Positions 9,977 through 19,707 of a stretch of DNA of 64,000 bases are shown here, piece by piece. Location of the stretch: positions 225,831 to 289,830 of the forward strand of contig JAPPFB010000021.1 in NCBI GenBank assembly GCA_028875225.1, written 5' to 3'. The number at the start of each line of letters is the position of its first letter. Position 1 is the stretch's first letter. Under the pieces are notes generated by a model. The model made no database searches and had not been told where the DNA came from. It was given only the letters and a program-made list of their open reading frames with translations. Made by a program: the position numbers and the translations under genes. The stretch comes from Chloroflexota bacterium. Its GTDB lineage: Bacteria > Chloroflexota > Dehalococcoidia > Bin125.

Positions 9977-10057
9977 TGTACTTTCCTGTCCATTGTGCGC
10001 CTATACGCTGGTGATGTCAAGCCCACGCCCCGTGTTTCGCCCGGAAAGACCAGCTTC

Positions 10058-10810
10058 ATGAACATGCCTCCCGAAACCGACAACAGAGTCGGCCTGGTGA
10101 TCGCCGCGCATCCCGACGATCCGGACTTCGGCGCAGGCGGCACCGCAGCGCTGTGGACCACGCTGGGCTGGGAGATGCACTATCTGGTCGTGACCAACGG
10201 CGCCAAGGGCACCGCCGACCCGGAGATGACCTCTGAACGTCTGGTCCCGATGCGTGAAGTGGAACAGCGAAACGCGGCCGAGGAACTCGGTGTCGTCAGC
10301 TGCACATTCCTCGGTGGCGAAGACGGCGAGCTGGAGTACACGCGCGAGTACCTGGGCGGCATCGTCAGGGCAATCCGCCAGATTCAACCGCACGCGGTCT
10401 TCACCCACTCGACCGACATCATCCATCGCCGGGCGTTGGAGGCCGATCCGTCCGATCCGCTCTCTGAGTGGCGTGGATTCATCAATCACCGCGATCATCG
10501 CTGCACCGGCGAGATGACGATCGACGCCGTCTATCCGACCGCGCGCGACCGGCTCAACTTCCCCGAGCACCTCGATGAGGGCCTCGAATGCCACAAGGTC
10601 GCCGAACTGTTCATCTGGGGCAGTATGGCGGCCAACTACGACATCGATATCACCGACGTGATTCAGACCAAGATTCGCGCCTTGACCCGGCACGTCTCGC
10701 AGTTCGGTGATCGCGGCGAGGACTTCATTGCCAACGTCGAAAAGCGCTGGAGTTCGGCCGATGGCCGCTACTACGAACACTTCGAGCGGGTCTCGCTGCC
10801 GGTCTTCTAG
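10058..10810 (+). CDS. PIG-L/LmbE family deacetylase
   Basis: AHPDDPDFGAGGT motif; start uncertain (9995 GTG or 10058 ATG). Confidence 0.7.
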   Translation: MNMPPETDNRVGLVIAAHPDDPDFGAGGTAALWTTLGWEMHYLVVTNGAKGTADPEMTSERLVPMREVEQRNAAEELGVVSCTFLGGEDGELEYTREYLGGIVRAIRQIQPHAVFTHSTDIIHRRALEADPSDPLSEWRGFINHRDHRCTGEMTIDAVYPTARDRLNFPEHLDEGLECHKVAELFIWGSMAANYDIDITDVIQTKIRALTRHVSQFGDRGEDFIANVEKRWSSADGRYYEHFERVSLPVF

Positions 10811-10850
10811 CCTCTGGTCCTTTGGCCGCTGAGTGGTCCGGCGCGACGAC

Positions 10851-11333
10851 ATGCCGCCTCCGCCCAGGTTCTGTCCCCAATGCGCTGCCTCGTTAAGGGT
10901 GACGACCGGTTGCGATGCATGTGGGTGGATCAACTACGTCGATCCCAAGGTCGCCGCCGTCGTCCTGGTCTCCGACGAACAAGGCCGCTTGCTCTACATT
11001 CGCCGGAACCACGAGCCGGCGATGTATCGGTGGAGCTGGCCGTCAGGCTTTGTCGACGCCGGCGAGCGGGTCGAAGACGCCGCCGTCCGCGAGGTGCGCG
11101 AAGAAACCGGCGTAGAAGTGGAGATCGCCGATCTCCTGGGTGTCTGGTCCAGGACCGGCGATCAGGTGGTCGTCATTGCCTACCGTGCCCGGGAGAGTGG
11201 CGGCGAGTTGCGGCCGGGGCCGGAAGCGCTCGCTGCCGCCTGGATCCCCGTCCGGCCGTCCCGGCGGCGTCCTCCGCCCGTGTTTGCGCACGACGAAGCG
11301 ATTCTCAGGTCATTCCTCGGCCCAGAGCGGTAA
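10851..11333 (+). CDS. NUDIX hydrolase with N-terminal zinc-ribbon
   Basis: Nudix box GFVDAGERVEDAAVREVREETGV; CPQC...CDAC N-terminal. Confidence 0.8.
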   Translation: MPPPPRFCPQCAASLRVTTGCDACGWINYVDPKVAAVVLVSDEQGRLLYIRRNHEPAMYRWSWPSGFVDAGERVEDAAVREVREETGVEVEIADLLGVWSRTGDQVVVIAYRARESGGELRPGPEALAAAWIPVRPSRRRPPPVFAHDEAILRSFLGPER

Positions 11334-11735
11334 TCGAGACCGGCAGTGGTCGCACATCGCCACTGCTTCGGTCTGCAACTCGCCACCCCGTGGAATGGTC
11401 ATGATCACTTGCCGGACGTGCTCAGCGCAGTAGCGGCAGCTGCAGCGTTCGCAGTTCAGGACCAGGGGCTGCAGACACTCGGGCTCGCCGCAACGTTGCG
11501 CCTGATTCAATGTCTTCGCGGCGGCCTTGAACTCCAGGTGCCGCTCGACATCGGTCTGCAGCCGCTGGCAGCGATCCTCAACACAGACTTCCTGTCCGTC
11601 GTCGTGAACGCGTCCGTGCCGAGCGCAGAAGCCGCGGGCGCAGTACTGGCACTGGCCCAGCAGCGGTTCGCGACATCGGCGAAGTCGGGCCCGATGGTCG
11701 CAGTGAGTGGCCTTGTGATACTCGCGGATTTCCAC
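11310..11735 (-). CDS. hypothetical cysteine-rich protein (15 Cys, several CxxC)
   Basis: ORF with four CxxC pairs; convergent 24-nt overlap with NUDIX gene. Confidence 0.45.
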   Translation of the reverse strand: MEIREYHKATHCDHRARLRRCREPLLGQCQYCARGFCARHGRVHDDGQEVCVEDRCQRLQTDVERHLEFKAAAKTLNQAQRCGEPECLQPLVLNCERCSCRYCAEHVRQVIMTIPRGGELQTEAVAMCDHCRSRLPLWAEE

Positions 11736-11867
11736 GCATCCAGCCCCGGTTGCACCTCGGTGGCCCGCCAGTCAGGCCGAGGCGCACCGAAATCAGGCTA
11801 GCGCGGAGGGGCAATTGCTGGGCCTGGAATCGGCGCAGCGAGGAGACCAGTAGGTCGGCGGTGTGAG

Positions 11868-12077
11868 CTAGAGGCGGAGCTTGCCGTGTGACGGCTGGCG
11901 TCGCCGCTGGCGGCCCTCTTCGACGGCCTGTTCACGCTCAAGCTCGAACACCGAGATGATGTTGCTCTCGTAGACGTACCCGCACGACAGGCAACTCGAA
12001 TAGACGCTATGGGCGTCGGACTCGACAAGCATCATGCCTGAGCAGCGCGGGCACTTCGACGGAGGTGTAACGGGCAT
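11868..12077 (-). CDS. hypothetical small zinc-ribbon protein
   Basis: CPRC...CLSC motif; ATG at 12077 (ORF track extends to 12137). Confidence 0.4.
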   Translation of the reverse strand: MPVTPPSKCPRCSGMMLVESDAHSVYSSCLSCGYVYESNIISVFELEREQAVEEGRQRRRQPSHGKLRL

Positions 12078-12329
12078 CTGGCCGACTCGCTTTCCAACTC
12101 GACCGGCGGTGCAGTCCGACTTTGTGAATGACTGCACAATTGGGAGTTTGTGAAACGATGCACATTATGCGCTACCCATGCCTCGCTTGTCAACTTTTTC
12201 ACGAACTCCCCCTCTGTTTCCTCACGTTCCAGTGGGCAACCTTGACGCAACCACCCCAACACAGCCATTCAATGTGAACCAAGACACACTTGAGGCCGCA
12301 GCCGAGGCGGCGGATATGCTCAAAGACCA

Positions 12330-13256
12330 ATGCGACGCGTTGCCGATCGACTCTCAGTGTTTGGCTTGGCCCTGGTCATCCAGGCTCTGGTCAACTACCT
12401 CCTCGGCCCGCCACCGGACGGTCGGCCGACCTGGCTGGCCTGGGTCCTGGCGCAGAGCCGACAACTCGCATCCTTGCCGCCCCGGCTGCGGGTCTTCGCT
12501 CCGTTCGCCGCGTCGTTGGTGATCATCCGCGCCGCCGCATTCGTCGAGCGCAGCCGTCCCCCGGGAGGCGGACGTCTGGTGTCGATTCTGATCCAGGCGA
12601 CCGTACTGGCCCTCACCTACGACATCTGGCGCGGCGTGCGTGCGTCCGACGTCGTGCAACGCCAACTGGCCGATGCCCCCGTCGACGCCGATGGTCGACC
12701 GGTGGCCGCGCTGGACAGCGAACGAATCGAGGCAGAGATCGGCCGGCTCGCCAACGCGCCCAGCGAGAGCGTCGTCGGCCCCTGGGCCGCTTACGCCGCC
12801 TTCGACCTCTCCGGCGCCGTGGCCTACGCCGCGGTCGAGTCTCTGGGCGGACCCATGGCCGGGCCCGGGACTGAGGGACCGCTGACCGCCATGCTTGATC
12901 CCGCTCGGCGACTGGTCTCGGTACGACGCGGCCGCGACGCCATCGCCGCGGCCGCAACGCTTGCGGCTCGCGGCCGTTCCGACCTGCAACCACCCGAGCT
13001 GGAAGAGTTGGCGCTGGGGTCGGAAACACCGATCCCCGTCACCGCGATGTCTGTCGCCCTGGACCGTCGGACATCCTGGAATGGCCGTGCAGTCGGCTGG
13101 CAACGGCCGGCTCCCGACATCAACGATCTGGGCCGCGCTCGCCGGCTGCATCTCAAGGCGCTCGGCCTGCTGGCGCTCACGGCTGCCGGCGTGGTCGCGC
13201 TCGGAGATCTGTTCCGCCCGCCTCGGTCATCGGACGACGATGATTGGACTGAGTGA
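12330..13256 (+). CDS. hypothetical membrane-anchored protein (Ala/Leu-rich, N- and C-terminal hydrophobic segments)
   Basis: Protein-like composition; opposite-strand ORF 12354..13151 is Gly/Arg-rich and rejected. Confidence 0.45.
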   Translation: MRRVADRLSVFGLALVIQALVNYLLGPPPDGRPTWLAWVLAQSRQLASLPPRLRVFAPFAASLVIIRAAAFVERSRPPGGGRLVSILIQATVLALTYDIWRGVRASDVVQRQLADAPVDADGRPVAALDSERIEAEIGRLANAPSESVVGPWAAYAAFDLSGAVAYAAVESLGGPMAGPGTEGPLTAMLDPARRLVSVRRGRDAIAAAATLAARGRSDLQPPELEELALGSETPIPVTAMSVALDRRTSWNGRAVGWQRPAPDINDLGRARRLHLKALGLLALTAAGVVALGDLFRPPRSSDDDDWTE

Positions 13257-13323
13257 CTGGTTCCGAGCTTCTGCAAGTGGTTGCTAAGATCAGCGTCGTA
13301 CCAACAAACAACATCCACCGGAG

Positions 13324-13755
13324 ATGATCATGCCGCAGTTCCCATCGGTCGAATGGTTTGAAGCGCTTCGCGACACCGTGCAGGACGACCCGCATTGGCG
13401 CGACTTCGGAATGATGGATTGCGCCATGGGCGTCAACGTCGGCGAGACCACAATCAAACTGGTCTTCGACGGCTACGAGATTCCGGAGATCGCCGACATC
13501 TCGTCCTCGACCGCTGACGAAGATCTCGACTTCACCCTGGTCATGCCCGAAGACCGCTGGCGAGAGATGATCGAGAACATCAGGAGCAACGGCCACGCCG
13601 ACCTGCACCACACCCTGAACACCATCGACCTTGAGAGCCCCGAGGAGTTGGCCAAGGGTGAGGACTACAACCGCCGCGACCTGTTCTATCGCTTCAACCA
13701 GACCTTGCAGGACTTCTTCGACGCTTCGTCCTCGGTCGAGACGACGTTCGCCTGA
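13324..13755 (+). CDS. hypothetical protein (143 aa)
   Basis: GGAG RBS before ATG; balanced composition; somewhat lower GC. Confidence 0.55.
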   Translation: MIMPQFPSVEWFEALRDTVQDDPHWRDFGMMDCAMGVNVGETTIKLVFDGYEIPEIADISSSTADEDLDFTLVMPEDRWREMIENIRSNGHADLHHTLNTIDLESPEELAKGEDYNRRDLFYRFNQTLQDFFDASSSVETTFA

Positions 13756-13786
13756 CCACTCGCTGCCGCCTTTCCTCGGTCAAGCC

Positions 13787-14101
13787 ATGAAGATTGCAGA
13801 ACCGCGAGTGCGTGAGATCCTGCGCGCCGCCGGATGGCCTCACGACGAACTGGAAAACGCCCTGACGATCGCCTACCACGAAAGCCGTTGGGATCCCCGC
13901 GCGGTCAACAAGGACGACCCGTCCGGCGGCAGCTACGGTCTCTTCCAGATCAACGCCTGGTGGGCGTACTTCGGTGAAGAGGAGATCGGCGAGCGCCTGG
14001 ATCCGGTGCTGGCCATGCGACCGCTCTACAACGCCCGATACGCCCTGCGCATCTGGCGCAAGAGTGGCTGGCAGCCCTGGACCACGGCGCGCTACATCTG
14101 A
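13787..14101 (+). CDS. small lytic-transglycosylase (SLT/lysozyme-like) domain protein, no signal peptide seen
   Basis: AYHESRWDP...SYGLFQIN catalytic-Glu and GLFQI motifs; ORF track start 13631 is an Arg-rich extension. Confidence 0.55.
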   Translation: MKIAEPRVREILRAAGWPHDELENALTIAYHESRWDPRAVNKDDPSGGSYGLFQINAWWAYFGEEEIGERLDPVLAMRPLYNARYALRIWRKSGWQPWTTARYI

Positions 14102-14189
14102 GCCGGCTGATGTCAGGCTCGACCCTCCCTCCGCTATATTCAGTTGACATATTCACCAGCCATCTGGCGCGCCCTGAGAACAGGTAAAC

Positions 14190-15023
14190 GTGGCAATCTC
14201 CGTCAAACTGATCGACCACACCAAGGACCCGATCCGCGCCCTCTACATGGCCTATCGGGTCTGCTATTCGGCTCTGACGCCGCAGCAGGTCCTTGATCGA
14301 ATCGACGACGAGCGCATCTCTCAGGAGAAGATGCTCGAATTCGTCGAGGCCCGGCTGCTCACCGGCCACATGTCGCCGCTGGAACAGGTCCACTTCGAGT
14401 TCGGAATCTCGGGCGTGTCGCGCGCGTTCTCCCACCAGTTCGTGCGCCATCGCATCGGGATCAGCTTCGAGCAGCAGAGCCAGCGCTACGTCACCTACAA
14501 GGGCGGCGCCTTCCCCTACACAGTGCCCAAAACGGTCGAACGGGCCGGACTCGGCGACGACATGACGGCGCTCTTCGCCCAGGCTGGCGCGCTCTATGAA
14601 AAAATGGTCGAGGCTGGCGTCCCGGCCGAGGACGCCCGCTTCTTGCTGCCCAACGCGACGAACACCAACTTCAAGATCACCGTCAACTTCGCCTCGCTGC
14701 TGCACATCTCCGACCTGCGCCTCTGCACCCGAGCCCAGTGGGAGTTTCGCAAGGTCGTCTCGCTGATGCGGGCAGAGGTGGTTAAGGTCGCGCCCGAGTT
14801 GGGCCGCCAGCTCCAGCCCAAGTGCGGCGAGCGGCGGCTCGGCTACTGCGACGAGGACTACGAGGCCTGGGAAGAGTGCCCGATCGGCCGCAAGCGTCCG
14901 CACAAGTCGGAGCTCTTCAACCTCTACGACGCCTACCGCAAGGGCGAACTCGACGACCTCGACGCCGACGACATGGCCATCATCGCCGCCGACAACGACG
15001 ACGCACCCGCCTTCATCCGCTAG
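14190..15023 (+). CDS. thyX: FAD-dependent thymidylate synthase ThyX
   Basis: RHRIGISFEQQSQRY ThyX signature (RHR-x7-S-x-RY); GTG start. Confidence 0.85.
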   Translation: MAISVKLIDHTKDPIRALYMAYRVCYSALTPQQVLDRIDDERISQEKMLEFVEARLLTGHMSPLEQVHFEFGISGVSRAFSHQFVRHRIGISFEQQSQRYVTYKGGAFPYTVPKTVERAGLGDDMTALFAQAGALYEKMVEAGVPAEDARFLLPNATNTNFKITVNFASLLHISDLRLCTRAQWEFRKVVSLMRAEVVKVAPELGRQLQPKCGERRLGYCDEDYEAWEECPIGRKRPHKSELFNLYDAYRKGELDDLDADDMAIIAADNDDAPAFIR

Positions 15024-15033
15024 CCGTCTCCAC

Positions 15034-15075
15034 GCTCCCCCTCGCAGGGGGAGCTGCCGAAGGCTGAGGGGGTCC
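15034..15075 (+). repeat. REP-like structured repeat, copy A (subfamily GCTGCC..GGCTGA)
   Basis: gctccccctcgcagggggagctgccgaaggctgagggggtccc. Confidence 0.8.
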
Positions 15076-15090
15076 CGCTGCCTCGCAGTG

Positions 15091-15516
15091 CTACTCCTCC
15101 TCGATCACCCGCTTCAACGCCGCAATCTGACCCCCGTCCGTGCGCCGGATCGCGAGACGGATCAACGGTCCCAGCAGCAGGTACTGCAAGCCTCTGAACT
15201 GGCAATCCGCCTCAAGACTGACCCGACAGCTCGATTCACCCGTCGGCTCAATCGAATACGTGTAGTCCGCCGTCACGCCCCCCTGCTGGGATCGAAGCGT
15301 CACCGACCGTCCGCGCTCACAGTGCGTGATCACTGACTCACGGTCTTGCCCCCGCGTGAAGAAATGGATCCGAGCCCCCTCGACCGTCTCGCCATCGATC
15401 GACATCGACTCGATCCCGTTCATCCAGCGCACCGCCCCGGGCCAGTCGGTCAGTACCGCCCAGACCTCGTCGGGCGGGCGATCGATCGTCTCACTGACCG
15501 AAATTGTCCGCGCCAT
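15091..15516 (-). CDS. SRPBCC (polyketide cyclase/START-like) family protein
   Basis: About 140 aa; N-terminal ...DEVWAVLTDWPGAVRW... fold signature. Confidence 0.65.
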   Translation of the reverse strand: MARTISVSETIDRPPDEVWAVLTDWPGAVRWMNGIESMSIDGETVEGARIHFFTRGQDRESVITHCERGRSVTLRSQQGGVTADYTYSIEPTGESSCRVSLEADCQFRGLQYLLLGPLIRLAIRRTDGGQIAALKRVIEEE

Positions 15517-15576
15517 GCGATTGCTCCCTCCGTTCGCCCTGGACGCGCCCGGTCTCTCGACCGACAGTTTGGCGAC

Positions 15577-15834
15577 CTACCCAAACAGGTCGTCGTCTTC
15601 GTCCCAATCATCGAGATACTCGGTGAGGTCTTCGTCCGGACCGAACGGCAAGTCCTGCTCAAACAGCTCGACGCCGATGATGCCCAGGCCGACCAACGGA
15701 ATGATGTCATGGTCCACGTGCCTCTGCGCCCGCTCCTCAATCCGCCTCTCAGCCGCCTCGTCGCTGCCGGAGAACAGGAGGCGGGCGATCGCGATGACCG
15801 CGACAACAACCACGATGAGGATGATTGCCTCCAC
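15577..15834 (-). CDS. small membrane protein with acidic C-terminus
   Basis: GTG start with GGGA upstream; TM helix IILIVVVVAVIAIA then DE-rich tail. Confidence 0.4.
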   Translation of the reverse strand: MEAIILIVVVVAVIAIARLLFSGSDEAAERRIEERAQRHVDHDIIPLVGLGIIGVELFEQDLPFGPDEDLTEYLDDWDEDDDLFG

Positions 15835-15889
15835 GTCCCTCTCTCTCTCCGCCGTGCCCGCCGTCCATGGCGCGCGACAGACGCCCGCC

Positions 15890-16249
15890 CTACACCAGTT
15901 CCAGCAACTGAACGAAGTTGCCGTCCGGATCGAGCAGAGTAGCGACTTCGCCGCCCCACGATTCCCGCTCCGGCCGTCGTTGAACCCGGACGCTTGGATC
16001 AGCCGAAACGACCCGCTGGAACTCACTCGAGACATCGTCGACGAACAGATTGATCTGCATCCGCGCGGGCTCCAGCGTCGGGCCGGAGATCTCCGAGTGA
16101 TCGAGCAGGCGGATGAACCCGGCCGCGGCTTCGAACACCGGATCGCGGAACTTCGTGACCCGCTCCAGTCCCAGCGTCGCGCCGTAGAAGCGGGTCATCG
16201 CCTCAATCTGGTCCGTGCCGACCATGATCGTCAGCTCGCGCACTCGCAT
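15890..16249 (-). CDS. VOC/glyoxalase-bleomycin resistance family protein
   Basis: About 119 aa; VOC-like motifs. Confidence 0.65.
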   Translation of the reverse strand: MRVRELTIMVGTDQIEAMTRFYGATLGLERVTKFRDPVFEAAAGFIRLLDHSEISGPTLEPARMQINLFVDDVSSEFQRVVSADPSVRVQRRPERESWGGEVATLLDPDGNFVQLLELV

Positions 16250-16257
16250 GACCGACC

Positions 16258-17082
16258 TCAGACCTCCAGGGACATTCCGTCCGTTGCGACCACGATCGTC
16301 CCGTCATACGCCCGCCGCGCTTCCTCGACCAGCTCCCAATCGCGCTCCAGCGACATGATATGGGTCAGGACCAGCGTTCCCACGCCGGCGTCCCGGGCGA
16401 TCCGGCCCGCCGACTCCGCCGTCGAGTGTGTCCCTGCCACCCCTCGGAAGAGGCCCTGCCGACCCGCTTCAGACAATCCCTCGGCCATACGCTCCAGGCA
16501 CGACTCCGTGTACGCCTCGTGTACCAGCACATCGGCGCCGTCGGCCAGTGGGACCAGGGCCTCTGGCGCATACGTGGTGTCGCCCGTGTAGACCAGCGAT
16601 CGCCCACCCGCCTCGAACCGCCGCGCCAGGCACTCCAGGTACGGCGCGTGGGGCACCTCGACCGAGCGCACCTCCATCCCCCCGATTTCGCGCTCATCGC
16701 CCGGCCTCGTCAACTCCACCGACACTCCGTCCAGCCATCGCCGGATGAAGTCGCTCGTCGCATTGACCCGTGCAAACGCCAGCGCCGCCTCCATGTAAGT
16801 GTCCGTATCGCGCGGCCCGAACACCGTCACCGGCGCTCCCCGGCGAACGATCAGCCGGGTGAACAGCTCCACCACGCCCATCGCATGGTCAAAGTGAAGA
16901 TGAGACAAGACCACGTCCGACACCGCGTCCGCATCCAGCCCCGAGTCCACCATCCGCTCCATGAACCCCGGCCCCGCATCCACCAGGATCCGAGCATCAC
17001 CATGAGCCAGATGGATCGACGCCGCCCCCCGCCGAGGGTTCACCGACCCCCCTGCCCCCGACCCACAAAACGTAATCCGCAT
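16258..17082 (-). CDS. MBL-fold metallo-hydrolase
   Basis: SHLHFDH metal-binding motif. Confidence 0.8.
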   Translation of the reverse strand: MRITFCGSGAGGSVNPRRGAASIHLAHGDARILVDAGPGFMERMVDSGLDADAVSDVVLSHLHFDHAMGVVELFTRLIVRRGAPVTVFGPRDTDTYMEAALAFARVNATSDFIRRWLDGVSVELTRPGDEREIGGMEVRSVEVPHAPYLECLARRFEAGGRSLVYTGDTTYAPEALVPLADGADVLVHEAYTESCLERMAEGLSEAGRQGLFRGVAGTHSTAESAGRIARDAGVGTLVLTHIMSLERDWELVEEARRAYDGTIVVATDGMSLEV

Positions 17083-17534
17083 AACTCAAACTCCTCGCCG
17101 CAGGCTACCCCTACAAAACGTCCGACACCCAGTTCCCTCGCCCGTACCGCCCGCATCTCGGACCGTTTGCGACTTCACACTTGCTGCCTGCTTCATCGAA
17201 CACATGTGCATCTAAGATTGTTTCCAGGCTCATCTCAACCCCCACGAAGGACCCCGGCCATGTCCCTTCAGAACTCGCCGACCACGATCGAACCCTTCCG
17301 ACCAGGCCTGCACCGGCCCGACCAGAGCCGACCAGGGCCGTCCAAAATCGTACAAATCCGAACAAATCCGTACAAGGTGAACCGAAAAAACCCGAAAAAA
17401 CCTGAAAGTGCAAACGCACGATCTCCAGTGTTTCACGCGGGATCGTGCTCTGTCCCGTCCCCGAAAAAAGTTTCGCCAAAACCTGAAACCGGCCAACCTC
17501 GACCGATCCACACGAAAGGCAAACACAACCTAGA
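17083..17534. promoter_or_regulatory. Unusually long (452 bp) lower-GC intergenic region with A6 tracts, short direct repeats and an imperfect inverted repeat
   Basis: ccgaaaaaacccgaaaaaacc, gtacaaatccgaacaaatccgtacaa, gcacgatctccagtgtttcacgcgggatcgtgc. Confidence 0.3.
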
Positions 17535-18783
17535 CTCCCAAACCATGCCGCCTCTCTCCGTGCTCCGCGTCCTCGACCATGGCCATGTGTGGGCCGGGCC
17601 TCTGCTGGGCATGTTTCTTGCGGACCTGGGCGCGGAAGTGATCAAGGTGGGCGCGCCTCACCGGCTGTCGGGGGTCTCCATTGGCGGGCAGCGGGCGCCG
17701 GTGGGCTCGATCGGCGGCGACCGTGGCTCGACGTCTCCCGACGATCCGCGCGCCTTCCACGGCCTCGACCGGGGGAAGAAGTCGATCTCGATCCACCTCG
17801 GCGACCCCCGTGGCCGTGAGCTGTACCTCAGACTGGTCGAGCAATCGGACATTGTCCTTGAGAATTTCTCGCCGCGCGTGATGCCATCGCTGGGGCTCTC
17901 CTACGACGTGCTTGCGGAGGTCAACCCGAGGATCATCATGGTTGCCCTGTCCGCCTCTGGAGCGACCGAGAGTCCATGGCGCAACCTGGTGACCTATGGG
18001 CCGTCGCTGGCGGCGCTCTACGGGCTCAAATCGTTGCTCGGTTATCCCGACGACCCGCAACCGCGCGAAGACACCGCCGATCTTGACCCGACCGCCGCCG
18101 GGCATGCCTTCATCGCCGTGCTGGCCGCGCTCGAGTATCGCGAGCGGACGGGCCGCGGTCAGTTCATTGACCTCGCACAGGGAGAAGCCACGCTGCAGCG
18201 GGCGGCGCAACCGCTGATGGACTGGCTGCTCAACCGACGCGACGCCGGACCGCGCGGCAATCGTGGTTCGGCGATGGCGCCGCACGGCGTCTATCCCGCG
18301 CTGGAGGAGGACTCGTGGCTGGCTATCGTGGTCCGCTCGGACGATGAGTGGTCATCGCTCTGTGGTCTCGCGCCACACCTGGATCAGCCGCAATGGTCGA
18401 CCATGCGAGGCCGACTCAATGACCAGGACGCGCTAGACATCGCCGTCTCGAACTGGACTCGCAGCCACGAGGCGATGGAGTTGAGCATCGAGCTCCAGGG
18501 CGTGGGCGTCCCGGCCTTCCCGATGATGGATCCGACCGCCCTGCTAATCGATGAGGACTACGCCGCCCTGTCGAACGCTGGCATCGACCTCAGCGCCGAA
18601 GCCGCCGAGCCTTTGCGCGGCGGCTCGCTGTACACCGGCACCCCCTGGAAGATGGCTCGCACACCAGCAGCGCTCACCGCGCCGATTCCCAACCGAGGTG
18701 AGCACGACGACGAGATCTACGGCGATCTGCTGGGCATTGGCGAAGCAGCACGCACCGAACTTCGCGATTCCGGAGTGATTTGA
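17535..18783 (+). CDS. CoA transferase family III (CaiB/BaiF)
   Basis: N-terminus LSVLRVLDHGHVWAGPLLGMFLADLGAEVIKV; ORF-track N-terminal extension from 16360 rejected. Confidence 0.85.
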
Positions 18784-18862
18784 TCATGCTCCTTCACGTG
18801 CCGGAGCCTGCGGGCGGTTATCCTCGCAACGCTGAACCAGACAGCCAGAGAGGACATCCATT

Positions 18863-19621
18863 ATGTGCCACCGATACGAAGCGCTGCCCGCCATCACGCC
18901 GATCGCCGGAGCAGCGGTTGACGTCGAAGACCTGACCCTGACCGCCTCCGACGGGACCGAGTTCGCCGCCTTCCATGCGCGCGCCGAGTCGCCCACCGGA
19001 CCGGGCATGGTGATCCTGCCCGACGTGCGCGGCCTCTTCCGCTTCTACGAGGAACTCGCGATTCGCTTCGCCGAGATCGGCGTCGACGCCGTCGCGATCG
19101 ACTACTTCGGCCGCACCGCCGGCAACTCCAAGCGCGACGCCGAGTTCGACTTTTGGCCCCACGTGCGCAGCACGACGGCCGAGGGCATCGTCGCCGACAC
19201 GGCCGCCGCTGTGGCCGTGTTGCGCGCCAACGATTCCGAACGGGCCGTCTTCACCGTCGGCTTCTGCTTCGGCGGCAGCAACAGCTGGCTGCAGGCCTCC
19301 GCCGGACACGGGCTGGCCGGCGCGATCGGCTTCTACGGACGACCAACGGCCGAGGGTCTCAATGGCGCGCCGGCGCCGTCGGCCACCGTCTCCGAGATCG
19401 AGTGTCCCATCCTCGGCCTGATGGGCGGAGCCGACGAGAGCATCCCGGCCGAAGCCGTCGCCGAGTGGGACGCCGCTCTTGGGGCCGGCGGCGTCACTCG
19501 CGAGATTGTCACCTACGAGGGCGCCCCGCACAGCTTCTTCGACCGCAGCTACGACGAACACGTCGACGCCTGCAACGACGCCTGGCAGCGAATCCAGAAC
19601 TTCATCGCAGCCAATAGCTAA
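18863..19621 (+). CDS. dienelactone hydrolase family protein
   Basis: DLH-like length and motifs, nucleophile region FCFGGS. Confidence 0.75.
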   Translation: MCHRYEALPAITPIAGAAVDVEDLTLTASDGTEFAAFHARAESPTGPGMVILPDVRGLFRFYEELAIRFAEIGVDAVAIDYFGRTAGNSKRDAEFDFWPHVRSTTAEGIVADTAAAVAVLRANDSERAVFTVGFCFGGSNSWLQASAGHGLAGAIGFYGRPTAEGLNGAPAPSATVSEIECPILGLMGGADESIPAEAVAEWDAALGAGGVTREIVTYEGAPHSFFDRSYDEHVDACNDAWQRIQNFIAANS

Positions 19622-19633
19622 ACCTCATCCTCC

Positions 19634-19680
19634 CTCTCCCCCGCGAAGCAGGGGGGGAGATGCCGAAGGCAGAGTGGGGC
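19634..19680 (+). repeat. REP-like structured repeat, copy B (subfamily GATGCC..GGCAGA)
   Basis: ctctcccccgcgaagcagggggggagatgccgaaggcagagtggggc; its internal ATG creates a false ORF start at 19660. Confidence 0.8.
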
Positions 19681-19707
19681 ACTCGGACAGAATCACGAAA
19701 GGACCTT

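Noticed and set aside
12140-12330. Lower-GC spacer with GTGAAA...TTTCAC inverted hexamers upstream of the 12330 gene, considered as a riboswitch or tRNA
   Set aside because: No cloverleaf or known riboswitch consensus recognisable by eye. Most likely an ordinary promoter region, so left unannotated.
16360-17534. N-terminal 390-aa extension of the ORF-track entry 16360..18783
   Set aside because: The extension is Arg/Pro/His-rich, crosses the MBL gene on the other strand and the long intergenic region. The conserved CoA-transferase sequence begins at ATG 17535.
19660-19707. ORF-track starts that begin inside repeat copies (19660 MPKAEW..., 37739 MMTSPLPPLGGDAEGRGG..., ATG 61343)
   Set aside because: The ATG is part of the conserved repeat core gagATGccgaaggcag. 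Translations across the repeat are identical pseudo-peptides in unrelated genes. Downstream ATG/GTG with the conserved protein start was chosen instead.
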